Notes under the pieces: model-generated
Told to the model about the DNA's origin: nothing
Seen by the model: only the letters and a program-made list of their open reading frames with translations
The model's database searches: none
Translations under genes and position numbers: made by a program
Assembly: GCA_963847445.1 (NCBI GenBank)
Contig: CAWJZV010000007.1
Location: 192,001 to 256,000 of the forward strand
DNA length: 64,000 nucleotides
Direction: 5' to 3'
Source of the DNA: an uncultured delta proteobacterium
GTDB lineage: Bacteria > Desulfobacterota > Binatia > UBA9968
Part shown: in pieces, positions 20,151 through 30,089 of the stretch
Position numbering within the stretch: the stretch's first letter is position 1
How the letters are laid out: every line of letters starts with the position of its first letter

Positions 20151-20582
20151 ATGGACGCTTTTACCTATAAGCTCAAGACGCCAATGATCACCGGCGGCAG
20201 AAGTCACATTCCGCTCGCCGACACCGAATTAATGTCCGTCGGTATTAACTATTATGCGGTGGGGCGTAAAAACAAACTTCATGCCCATTTCGGCGAGGAT
20301 CATACCTTTGTCGTGATGGACGGCCAGGCGACGTTCTACAACAAAGAAAATCAGCCGAACGTGCTTAACAAGGGCGAGGCGATCATGTTGCCGGTGGGCA
20401 CCCTTTACTACTTTGAAAATTCAGGTGACAAGCCGTTGGCGCTGTTGCGGGTGAGCGCGCTCAAGGGCAAGCCGGAATTCACGCGGGTGGACGCTGAAGG
20501 TAACAAGCGAACGGCAGTGGAAGACAAGTACATCACGGTGGACGGCGAGCCGATCCCGGGGCAGTTCTGGGAACTGACGTGA
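20151..20582 (+). CDS. Cupin domain protein (paralog 1)
   Basis: KLHAHFGEDHTFVVMDGQA motif 1; PVGTLYYFEN motif 2; AGGAGG RBS. Confidence 0.8.
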   Translation: MDAFTYKLKTPMITGGRSHIPLADTELMSVGINYYAVGRKNKLHAHFGEDHTFVVMDGQATFYNKENQPNVLNKGEAIMLPVGTLYYFENSGDKPLALLRVSALKGKPEFTRVDAEGNKRTAVEDKYITVDGEPIPGQFWELT

Positions 20583-20630
20583 TGCGCTTTAGATTCATCG
20601 ATTGAGGACACTCGAAGGAGAACTAACGAT

Positions 20631-21065
20631 ATGCAGGCTTCGACGTTCAAATTGAAAACCAATCTGCTCACCGGTGGACGAAGCCACACGCCGCTGGCAA
20701 AATCCGGTGCGCTGACCATGGGTCTGAACTTTTACACACCGGGCAGAAAGAATAAGCTGCACACCCATCCCGGTGAAGATCACGCCTTCGTGGTCATCGA
20801 TGGCCAGGCGACGTTCTACGACAAAGAAGGCAAGGCCACTGTGCTGAATAAAGGCGAAGGCATCATGCTGCCCGACGGCTATTACTATTACTTCGAGAGC
20901 ACCGGCACGGTGCCGTTGGCGATCCTGCGCTCGAGCGCGGCGCGCAAAGACCGTCCGGCGGTGCTGCGCGTCGACGTCAAAGGCGACAAGCGCATGGAGG
21001 AAGAAGAAGGGTTCGCGGTAGCCGATGGCGCCGCCATCGAAGGCCAATACTGGGAGATGAAATAG
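20631..21065 (+). CDS. Cupin domain protein (paralog 2)
   Basis: KLHTHPGEDHAFVVIDGQA; end-to-end similarity to 20151-20582. Confidence 0.8.
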   Translation: MQASTFKLKTNLLTGGRSHTPLAKSGALTMGLNFYTPGRKNKLHTHPGEDHAFVVIDGQATFYDKEGKATVLNKGEGIMLPDGYYYYFESTGTVPLAILRSSAARKDRPAVLRVDVKGDKRMEEEEGFAVADGAAIEGQYWEMK

Positions 21066-21073
21066 GCCCTAAG

Positions 21074-21175
21074 ATGCGTTGCCGGCGGCGCTCTTCTTGG
21101 GATTTGCCTGGTCAGGTCAGCTCATGCGCAGTCCTCTGCGCAGCGGGCCAAGCTCATCGACGACGCCAAGTAGAA
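21074..21175 (+). pseudogene. Possible 5' remnant of a solute-binding protein gene
   Basis: Reads AALFLGFAW...AHAQSSAQRAKLIDDAK*, resembling a signal peptide plus the AKLIEGAKKEG-type SBP start. Confidence 0.35.
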
Positions 21176-21194
21176 GAAATATTTCAGGTTAAAG

Positions 21195-22343
21195 ATGAAA
21201 ATCACAGATGTAAAAACCATTCGTCTGCGCGCGGAAATACCGGCGGCGGGACAGGTGTTCAGCCGTTCCGGGGTGCGCAACACGCGCTCGACGACATTGA
21301 TCAAAGTAGAAACCGATGACGGCGTCTACGGTCTCGGCTCGGCTTCCGGAAACGGCGAACTGATTGAATTCATCGTTGCCCGGGTGCTCAAGCCGCTGCT
21401 GGTCGGCATGGATCCAACCGAGATCGATGAGATTTGGGACACCGCTTACGTCCGCGGCGGCCATAAGGAGTTCGGCACCCGCGGCATCGGCGTCGTGGCG
21501 CTGAGCGGCATCGACGTCGCGCTTTGGGATATCCTTGGCAAGGTGCGCGGTGTGCCGCTCTATCAACTGCTCGGCGGCAAAGTGCGCGACAAAGTTCCGG
21601 TGTACGCCACCGCGCTCTATCCCGAAGAGCCGTCGAAGGTTGCCCGCAGGGCGCGCGAGTTCGCCGATCAAGGGTTTCACGGCGTAAAAATCAAAGTCGG
21701 CTTCGATCTGGATCAAGACATCCGCATCGTCCGCGCGGTGCGCCAAGAGCTCGGCAAAGATTTCATCGTCATGACCGACGCCAATCAAGGCTACAGCATC
21801 GACGTCGGCATCAAGGCGGCGCAGGCATTTGCCGACGCCGGCGCTTTTTGGTTGGAGGAGCCGCTCTTCGTCGAGGATATAGCAGGGCATGCGATTCTCC
21901 GCGAACGCGGCAATACGCCCATCGCCGTCGGCGAAAATCTGCATATGACCTATGGCTTCGAGAATTTCATTCTGCGCGGCGCGGTGGATTTCATTCAACC
22001 CGATGTCGCCCGCGCCGGCGGCATTACCGAGATTCGCAAGATCACCGCGTTGGCGGCCAAGCACAAGGTGCCGGTGTCGTTTCATACCTGGGGCGATGGC
22101 GTCGCGCTGGCGGCAAGCGTTCATCTTTCCGCGGCGCTGCAGGATTGCATCGTCATGGAACTCGACTACACCTACAACCCGCTGCGCGAGGAACTGCTAC
22201 AAGAACCGTTCAAAGTGGACAACGGTTATCTGACGCCAAGTGACAAACCCGGATTGGGCATCGAACTGAATCAGCAAGCGTTGCAGCGGTTCGCCTTCGC
22301 CGGCTCTGAAGACATGGCGATCCGGCAGAAAACTTTGCGCTAA
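21195..22343 (+). CDS. Mandelate racemase/muconate lactonizing enzyme family (enolase superfamily)
   Basis: SGIDVALWDILGK, KIKVG, DAN, EEP, GEN, QPD, H; DKPGLGIE. Confidence 0.9.
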   Translation: MKITDVKTIRLRAEIPAAGQVFSRSGVRNTRSTTLIKVETDDGVYGLGSASGNGELIEFIVARVLKPLLVGMDPTEIDEIWDTAYVRGGHKEFGTRGIGVVALSGIDVALWDILGKVRGVPLYQLLGGKVRDKVPVYATALYPEEPSKVARRAREFADQGFHGVKIKVGFDLDQDIRIVRAVRQELGKDFIVMTDANQGYSIDVGIKAAQAFADAGAFWLEEPLFVEDIAGHAILRERGNTPIAVGENLHMTYGFENFILRGAVDFIQPDVARAGGITEIRKITALAAKHKVPVSFHTWGDGVALAASVHLSAALQDCIVMELDYTYNPLREELLQEPFKVDNGYLTPSDKPGLGIELNQQALQRFAFAGSEDMAIRQKTLR

Positions 22344-22554
22344 TCGGCGCACAACCAAGCTCGCGGCCAGCGATACGTTGCGAACACATCTGTACCGTCG
22401 CCAGGGAAATCCGCCGAATCACAACTAAACCAGCCCATATCCGTCGATCATCTAGGAACTTCCCGGCGCACCACTGAAAATTTGCGTCAATAAATTCATG
22501 GCATATTGCTTGCCCCGATAAATCTCGGCTGTGCAAACCGCCGAGGAGGCAAGC

Positions 22555-24218
22555 ATGCTTGGTTGGTCATTTCGCTATCCATATTCACAGACCCGTCGGA
22601 TCGTCGCCTTAGTTACACTACTATCCTTCCTTTTCGCCCCGGTGCTTCCAGCCTTGGCGCTGGACGCGACGCGCGGCGGAGTACTGCCCCAGCCGCTGCC
22701 GCTGTTTCCCGGCCGACAACTGGTGGAATCTCGATATCAGCAGCTGGCCGGTGGATCAGAACTCTTCGAGCTACATCAATTTTATCAATAACGGCGGCAC
22801 GCGAAGGCTCCACCCAGACTTCGGCGGCAATTCCGGCAGCGGATTCGGCATCTATGGCATGCCCTACGCGGTTCTCACCAACGTTACCGATGCAGGATCG
22901 TAAACCGGTGCAGTTTCAGTATTGGGATGAAAGCGACGGCGTGAATTTGCAGACCGGTACAAGCGTTGCGTTTTACCCGATTCCCAATGAAGCGATTTCT
23001 CAACCGTACTGGGTCGAAGGCGGCGATCCGGGAAATGTCGACAAGCGCAGTTCACAGGATCGCCATCTGTTGCTAGTCGATCGCGAGCGCAACCATCTGT
23101 ACGAGCTTTACAATGTCTTCTACAACGCCACCCAGGGGAAATGGTACGCCGGCTCGGGGGCGTTCTTCGACATGAACACGAACAACCGCCGGCCGGACAC
23201 GTGGACTTCGGCCGATGCGGCGGGTTTGGCAATCCTGCCCGGACTGGTCCGCTACGATGAAGCCTATGATCCCAACGTAACGGAAATCAAACATGCGTTG
23301 CGCGTGACCGTGCGCTCGACCAACGGCTATGTTTATCCGGCCTCCCATCGCGCCGGTTCGACCATGGGAGCGTTGCCCATGGGCGCGCGCTTGCGCTTGA
23401 AGAACACCGTCGATGTCGCGCAGCGCACCAGCGATCCCAACGTGCAGAAAATCTTTCGCGCCATGCAACGATACGGCTTGATCGTTGCGGATAACGGCTC
23501 GGACATGTACATCACCGGCACCTACGACACCCGCTGGAACAATGGCATTTTGAATCCTGCCTTTGCCAATCTGACGGCGAGCGATTTTGAAGTCATTCAA
23601 CTCGGTTACAATCCAGTTCCCGCGGCAGCGGCGCTCTCCTCAGTAACAGTAACGCCGGCGTCTGCCACAGGAGGCCAATCGAGGACCGGCACTGTGACGC
23701 TGACCAGCGCCGCACCGGCAGGCGGTATCGTGGTGAACTTAGCGAGCAGCGTTGCGTCGGCGCAGCTACCAACGTCGGTGACAATTCCAGCAAACGCTAG
23801 TGCAGCGAATTTCACTGTAACCACATCGGCAGTGAGTTCGCTGACGGCAGGAAATATCTCGGCAAGCTACAACAATGTGACCAAGTCGGCGTCGATCAGT
23901 TTATTGCCATCGCCAGCATCGGTATCGGCAAGTCTGGCTTCGTTAACCCTCAACCCGCTCACAGTCACCGGCGGCGCCACATCGATTGGGACCGTGACGC
24001 TCACCGCGCCCGCGCCTGCGGCAGGTTTAGTGGTGAAGTTGTCGAGCAATATTCCCAGCCGTGCAAAAGTTCCCACAACCGTAACTGTTCTTTCCGGCAG
24101 TTCATCCGCGAGTTTCACTGTTACAACTGTCAAAGTGAACCGAAAGTTTTCGCCAACAATCACCGCATCCTATAGTGGCGTTAAGAAAACTGCAGTTCTG
24201 ACAATTACCCGGCAATAA
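22555..24218 (+). CDS. Secreted hypothetical protein with conserved N-terminal domain and two C-terminal Ig-like repeats (frameshifted near 22715 and 22895)
   Basis: Signal peptide; DRHLLLVD, ADAAGLAILPGLVRYDE, MGARLRLK, YGLIVADNGSD; two repeats VTGG...GTVTLT..APA.G.VV.L.S...P..VT. Confidence 0.7.
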
Positions 24219-24396
24219 CCGAGAGATTCTGTCCCGCGTCAAGCAAGCATCGTCGATCATCGACGGTGCTTGCTTTGCTCCACCGCCAGATCCGCCTAAG
24301 GTTTCTTCGCCGGCTGGGCGGCTCGGGTTCCCGTCTAACCACCAATCATCCGATGACTGAAGCAAGCTTGGCAGCTTCACGGGCACCAGAAGTGTT

Positions 24397-24643
24397 CACC
24401 ACGAAGGCACGAAGAGCACGAAGTTCAGAGAAATAATTTTCCAAACCTTCGTGTCCTCCGTGACTACTATCCGTGCACAGTTTGCGCGGCTTGCGCAAAT
24501 TTCGCGCATGCGCCAACTCGCGAGTACGGGCGGGTTTCAGACCCGCACACCTACGAGCTCGCGATACCTTTTTTGCGCCCTTTGCGTTCTTTGCGACCAT
24601 TCTTCAATGGCTGCGGCTCTGCCGCGCTAGGAACTTCGTGCTG
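24397..24643. repeat. CACGAAG inverted array interrupted by element X (24464-24630, minus strand)
   Basis: caccacgaaggcacgaagagcacgaag arm; opposite arm split by CTAGCGCGGCAGAGCCGCA...AAATTTGCGCAAGCCGCGCAAAC...GGATAGTAG containing a GTA-type REP. Confidence 0.75.
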
Positions 24644-24762
24644 AGTTACTCCCCCGATAAACTACCAACAGCTTGAGGCACTCCACAAGATAATTGCCAA
24701 CGGATTCACACTTTCAACTTCGGTTGTCTTGGATCGGAGAGCTGTTAAGATTATCCGGCTCG

Positions 24763-26137
24763 ATGTACCAGGAAGACACCATAGCCGCGATCGCCACGCC
24801 GCCGGGCGAAGGCGGTCTCGCCGTGGTCCGAATCAGCGGACCCGATGCGGAGAAAATCGCGCTGCGGATTTTTACCCGCCCGAACAATCGCAACGGTACA
24901 CTTCGCTCGCATACTCTCTACCATGGGCAAATCAGCGATCCGCAAGGACGCGCAACCGATCGATGAAGTACTGCTCACGATCATGCGCAAACCGCGGAGT
25001 TACACCGGCGAGGATGTCGTCGAGGTGCATTGTCATGGCGGCAATTTTCTGGTCAGACAAATTCTCGCTCTAATCCTTACTCAAGGCGTTCGCCAAGCGG
25101 AACCGGGCGAATTCACCAAGCGGGCTTTTTTGAATGGACGCGTCGATCTCGCCCAGGCCGAGGCGGTACTCGATCTCATTCGCGCTCGGACTGCGAAGGG
25201 CGCACAGCTGGCATTGAATCAGGCCAGCGGTGAATTGTCGAAGCATGTCGGCGAGCTGCGCGAGGAACTGCTCGACATCATGGTCCAGGTGGAAGCCGCC
25301 ATCGATTTCCCTGAAGAGGAAATCGAGCTCCTCCAGCGTCACCGCTTGGTCGAGAAAATCCTTGCCTTAGTCACAAAAATCAACCTGATTTCAGATAGTT
25401 ATGAGTGGGGCAGGCTGTTTCGCGAAGGTGCCACGGTGTGTATTTGCGGTCGCCCCAATGTCGGCAAGTCAAGCTTGTTGAACGCTTTGCTGGGTACTGA
25501 CAGGGTCATCGTCACGCCGGTTCCAGGCACCACGAGGGATGTGATAGAAGAATCGCTGGCGTTAGAAGGTTTGCCGATTGTAATTTGGGATACCGCCGGG
25601 ATCAGAGACACCGACGACCAGATTGAAAAGCTTGGCGTCGAACTATCCCGCCAGCACTTGGAGAAAGCGGATGCCTTGGTGATGGTCATCGATGGTGCCG
25701 TCGAGTTGACTTCAGAGGATCGCGCGTTGCTACGAAACATCGGTGCCAAGAAGGTCGTGATTGCCGTAAACAAAAGTGATTTGCCTACAGTTGTCGACCT
25801 TCATTCGATCTCGGCAAACCAGCAAACTAAAATGCTCGCAACCTCGGCAAAATCAGGAGCTGGAATTGACTCATTGAAGAGAACTTTGCGCGAACTAATC
25901 CTCGGCTGCGCAGTTGAATCGCCGGTAACCGTAACCAACCTGCGCCATCGCAGCGAGTTGGTTCGGAGTGCCGATGGCCTAACGCGAGCGATCGCTACCC
26001 TAAACCAGGGGTTCCCACCGGAGTTAGCCGCCATTGATCTGCACGATGCCCGTGAAGCCCTCGAAGAGATCATTGGAGTGGTTCACAATGAGGATATTTT
26101 AGAACGTATTTTTAGTAATTTTTGTATTGGTAAATAG
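24763..26137 (+). CDS. mnmE: tRNA modification GTPase MnmE (frameshift near 24955)
   Basis: [48 protein letters not shown], terminal FCIGK. Confidence 0.97.
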
Positions 26138-26184
26138 TCTCAATTAATATTTTAATTGAAAGTTTTTAAAAATTAGACGCACGC

Positions 26185-26200
26185 TGTTCCACGTGAAACA
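26185..26200. promoter_or_regulatory. parS site abutting the mnmG start codon
   Basis: TGTTCCACGTGAAACA, 15/16 match to the TGTTTCACGTGAAACA consensus. Confidence 0.85.
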
Positions 26201-28078
26201 ATGATTTCCAATGTAATATTCGATGTAATTGTCGTCGGGGCCGGCCATGCCGGAATCGAGGCTTGTCTGGCTGCGGCTCGGATGGGCTGCACCACACTGA
26301 TGATGACCCTCAACCTGGATCACATCGGCCAGATGTCATGTAATCCAGCCATCGGTGGCATTGGCAAAGGCCACCTGGTTAAAGAAATCGACGCACTGGG
26401 CGGTGAGATGGCCCGAGCGATCGACGAAACCGGCATCCAATTCCGCATTCTCAATACCAAAAAAGGGCCGGCTGTGCGTGCTTCCAGGGCTCAAGCCGAC
26501 AAAGCGCTCTATCGCATGCGCATGAAGCGGGTGCTGGAAAACTGCCCGGGACTGACCCTTAGGCAAGGTAGTGTTGAAGCTTTGATCGTTGAGGACGGAC
26601 TGATAAAAGGAGTCGAAACTCAGATCGGCGAACGCTTCTATGGCCGGAAGGTAATTCTGACAACCGGGACATTTCTGAAGGGACTCATTCACATTGGCGA
26701 TCGAAACTATTCGGCGGGGCGGGCTGGGGATTTTGCCGTCCACGGCCTAAGCGAGTCTTTAGTCAGCCTTGGATTCAAAGTTGGCAGGCTAAAGACCGGG
26801 ACCTGCCCACGGCTTGATAGTAGAACCATCGACTATTCGGAACTCGTGGTTCAGGACGGCGATCAGCCACCCCAGCCATTCTCCTTTTCAAGCAGTGGAG
26901 TCACGCAACGCCAGGTGCCTTGTCACATCACTTACACCAACAGCCGCACTCATGAAATCATTCGCAGTGCGATGCATCGTTCGCCGATGTATTCCGGGGT
27001 GATCAAGAGCCGCGGTCCAAGATACTGCCCGTCGATTGAAGACAAGATCCATCGCTTCGCAGACAAGGATCGCCACCAGATATTCCTCGAACCGGAGGGA
27101 TTGGACACCGTTGAGGTTTATCCAAACGGCCTGTCCACGAGCCTGCCACTGGATGTCCAAGTTGAAATGGTTCGATCAATTAAAGGGCTGGAGCAAGCAG
27201 AAATCATGCGCCATGGCTATGCCATCGAGTATGACTACTTCGAGCCCACACAGCTTTTCCCTAGTTTGGAAACCAAACTGGTTAAAGGGCTCTATCACGC
27301 CGGTCAAATCAATGGCACCACTGGTTACGAAGAAGCGGCGGCCCAGGGGATCATGGCTGGAATCAATGCTACTTTGAGCCTGCGCGGTGAGCAACCTTTG
27401 GTATTCTCCCGTGACCAGGCCTACATCGGCGTACTCATCGACGATCTCGTAACCAAGGGTACCGACAGCGAGCCCTATCGAATGTTTACTTCGCGCGCCG
27501 AATACCGCCTGCTATTGCGCGAAGACAACGCCGACTTAAGACTTTGCGAAACCGGCCATCGGATCGGACTGGCGGGAGAAGCGGAATACCAGAGGTTCAA
27601 AGACAAAAAATCAGCCATTGACGAGCTACTCGGATACTTGGATAGCAAGCAATTGAATCCTGACAGCGAAACCAATTCACGCCTTGAAGCGATCGGCAAA
27701 ACGCCTCTTAAAAAATCTCACAAAGCTGAGCCAGATTTTACGTAGACCAGAGATTTCCCTGTCTGATATTAGAGTTATATTTCCTGAGATCTCGTAAAAT
27801 ACTCGCGCGATGTCGATTCACAGGTGGAAGTTCAGATCAAATATGCGGGCTACGTCAATCGCCAGAATGACATCGTCGAGAGATTCCAGAAAATGGAAGA
27901 TGTCAGGCTTCCCGAGGACATCGATTATTCTCAGATCAGTGGCATATCCCGAGAAGTCCGTGAGAAACTGATCCGAATTCAACCTCGTTCGCTTGGTCAA
28001 GCATCAAGAATTTCCGGTATCACGCCAGCCGCGATAACCTTACTGTCCTTCTATTTAAAGAAGCGCAAGAGCGCCTAA
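26201..28078 (+). CDS. mnmG: tRNA uridine-5-carboxymethylaminomethyl modification enzyme MnmG/GidA (frameshifts about 27715-27800)
   Basis: [69 protein letters not shown]. Confidence 0.97.
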
Positions 28079-28150
28079 TCTTGATTAGACAAATTACCGC
28101 ATCGACATAAATCCCTTCAGCTGAGCCGCTAGTCGAAGACGGATTATTTC

Positions 28151-28166
28151 TGTTTCACGTGAAACA
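28151..28166. promoter_or_regulatory. parS site
   Basis: Perfect palindrome TGTTTCACGTGAAACA upstream of parA. Confidence 0.92.
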
Positions 28167-28256
28167 GGAAATAGTGCTTCTCATTCATAAGTATTTGTGG
28201 TAATACTTAGTAAATACGTAATACAGTTATAAACTATTGATTTATAAAGACTTTTT

Positions 28257-29051
28257 GTGAGTAAAATAATTGCAATAGCGAACCAGAAGGGCGGCGTCGG
28301 CAAGACTACAACGGCGATCAACCTAGCGGCTAGCTTGGCGCTGGAGACGCAGCGGACGTTGTTGGTCGACATCGACCCGCAGGGAAACAGCACTACAGGT
28401 CTGGGCGTCGACCGCGCTCAAGTAACGGCTAGCTTGTATCATGTCCTGGACGGGACGCGCTTCGTCGGCGAGGCGATATGCCAAACCGAGGTCCCGGATC
28501 TGCTGATGATTCCCGCGACCAAGGATTTGGTCGGTGCCGAAGTCGAGCTGGTCAACGCCGAACGCCGCGAGTATCGCCTCAAAGACGCCTTGGCCTCGGT
28601 GGTGGCCCATTATGACTATGTATTGCTCGACTGCCCGCCCTCCCTTGGCTTGCTCACCCTCAATGCACTGACCGCGGCAGACTCGCTGTTGATTCCGATT
28701 CAAAGTGAGTATTACGCCCTCGAAGGTTTGAGCGCGATCCTGGAAACCATGAATCTGGTGCAGAAAGGTTTGAATCCGGCTTTGCACCTGGAGGGTATCG
28801 TCATCACCATGTTCGATAGCCGCAATCGCCTGTCGCATCAGGTTGTCGAAGAAATCCGCTCGCACTTTCCCGACAAAATGTTCAATGCCATCGTGCGCCG
28901 CAATGTCCGCCTTAGCGAGAGCCCGAGCTACGGCAAACCGATTTGTTTGTACGATCCGACCTCAACCGGGGCGTTGGACTATAGAGAACTAGCAAAGGAG
29001 TTGATTAATCGTGGAGAACGCAATGCCAATGCAGAAAAAGGGCTTGGGTAG
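28257..29051 (+). CDS. parA: Chromosome partitioning ATPase ParA/Soj
   Basis: NQKGGVGKTT, DIDPQGN, DCPPSLG, EYYALEG, RNVRLSESPS. Confidence 0.97.
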   Translation: MSKIIAIANQKGGVGKTTTAINLAASLALETQRTLLVDIDPQGNSTTGLGVDRAQVTASLYHVLDGTRFVGEAICQTEVPDLLMIPATKDLVGAEVELVNAERREYRLKDALASVVAHYDYVLLDCPPSLGLLTLNALTAADSLLIPIQSEYYALEGLSAILETMNLVQKGLNPALHLEGIVITMFDSRNRLSHQVVEEIRSHFPDKMFNAIVRRNVRLSESPSYGKPICLYDPTSTGALDYRELAKELINRGERNANAEKGLG

Positions 29052-29913
29052 AGGACTCAGCGCGCTCATTCCCGCCGCGCCGGAATCTGCCACAGTCGAA
29101 ACGACGTCCAAGGCAGTTCGCCCAAACAAGTTGCCGTCGATCGGATTACCACCAGTCCGTTTCAGCCAAGACGCAGCTTTCGACGAAGCTAAGATTGCTG
29201 AACTCGCATCGTCGATTCGCAATCAGGGCATAATTCAGCCGTTGATCGTTCGCCCCAAGAATGACGGCTTCGAGCTGATTGCCGGCGAGCGCCGTTGGCG
29301 CGCCGCCATGCGCGCCGGCTTGAGCCATGTGCCGGTCGTGGTCCGTGACGCCAGCGATCATGAGGCGATGCAAATCGCCCTGGTGGAAAATCTCCAGCGC
29401 GAAGATCTCAATTCCATCGAGGAGGCGAACGGCTATCGTCGCTTGCAGGATGAATTTCATTGGAGCCAGGAAGAGATGGCCGAGAAGGTTGGCAAGAGCC
29501 GCCCGGCGATCGCCAATTCAATGCGGCTGCTCACACTGCCGAGCGAAGTTCAGCAAGAGGTCATCTCCGGCAATCTACCGGCCGGACAAGCGCGGGCGCT
29601 ATTAGGCCTGCACACCGAACCGCTGATAATCTCGGCCTGCCGCGAGGTCATTTCGAAAGGTCTGTCGACGCGTGAAACTGAAAAGATGGTGCGCACGCTC
29701 TTGGTTGGGCGGCGACGGCGGCGACAGGCGCCGCTACTTGATCCTGATCTCAAATCGATCGTCGAAGAATTGCAGCGAACTTTGGGAACCCGCGTCCGCC
29801 TGATGCCCAAAGCAAGGAGCGCCAAAGGAAAAGTTGAGATCGAATATTATTCCGCGGCGGATCTCGAACGGATCGTCGAGACGATCACCAAAAAATTGAT
29901 TGTCTCGTCGTAA
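29023..29913 (+). CDS. parB: Chromosome partitioning protein ParB/Spo0J (two compensating indels near 29110-29180)
   Basis: KKGLGRGLSALI, GIIQPLIVR, AGERRWRA, ENLQREDL, HTH; alternative frame gives QVAVDRITTSPFQPRR. Confidence 0.95.
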   Translation: MPMQKKGLGRGLSALIPAAPESATVETTSKAVRPNKLPSIGLPPVRFSQDAAFDEAKIAELASSIRNQGIIQPLIVRPKNDGFELIAGERRWRAAMRAGLSHVPVVVRDASDHEAMQIALVENLQREDLNSIEEANGYRRLQDEFHWSQEEMAEKVGKSRPAIANSMRLLTLPSEVQQEVISGNLPAGQARALLGLHTEPLIISACREVISKGLSTRETEKMVRTLLVGRRRRRQAPLLDPDLKSIVEELQRTLGTRVRLMPKARSAKGKVEIEYYSAADLERIVETITKKLIVSS

Positions 29914-30089
29914 ATCCTACGCAGCGTCGTCGCATCCGCGATCAATACTCATTCGCGATTCGCTGACCCGTCCCAAAGGACAGTCTCCCCACCCGGTTTA
30001 ATCATTCTGCCGGGAAAGCAATCCCAAAAGGCACGCCTTCGCGCCGGAGGGTTGCGCGTCGATTGCTGTTGCACCACGAATGATCCGGA

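Noticed and set aside
26100-28256. oriC in the AT-rich gaps around mnmG
   Set aside because: No convincing TTATNCACA DnaA-box cluster and no dnaA in the window; only parS is supported.
29950-30062. c-di-AMP (ydaO) riboswitch
   Set aside because: Only scattered motif resemblance, lacks the GACAGCTAAC-type 3' core, and lies between convergent genes.
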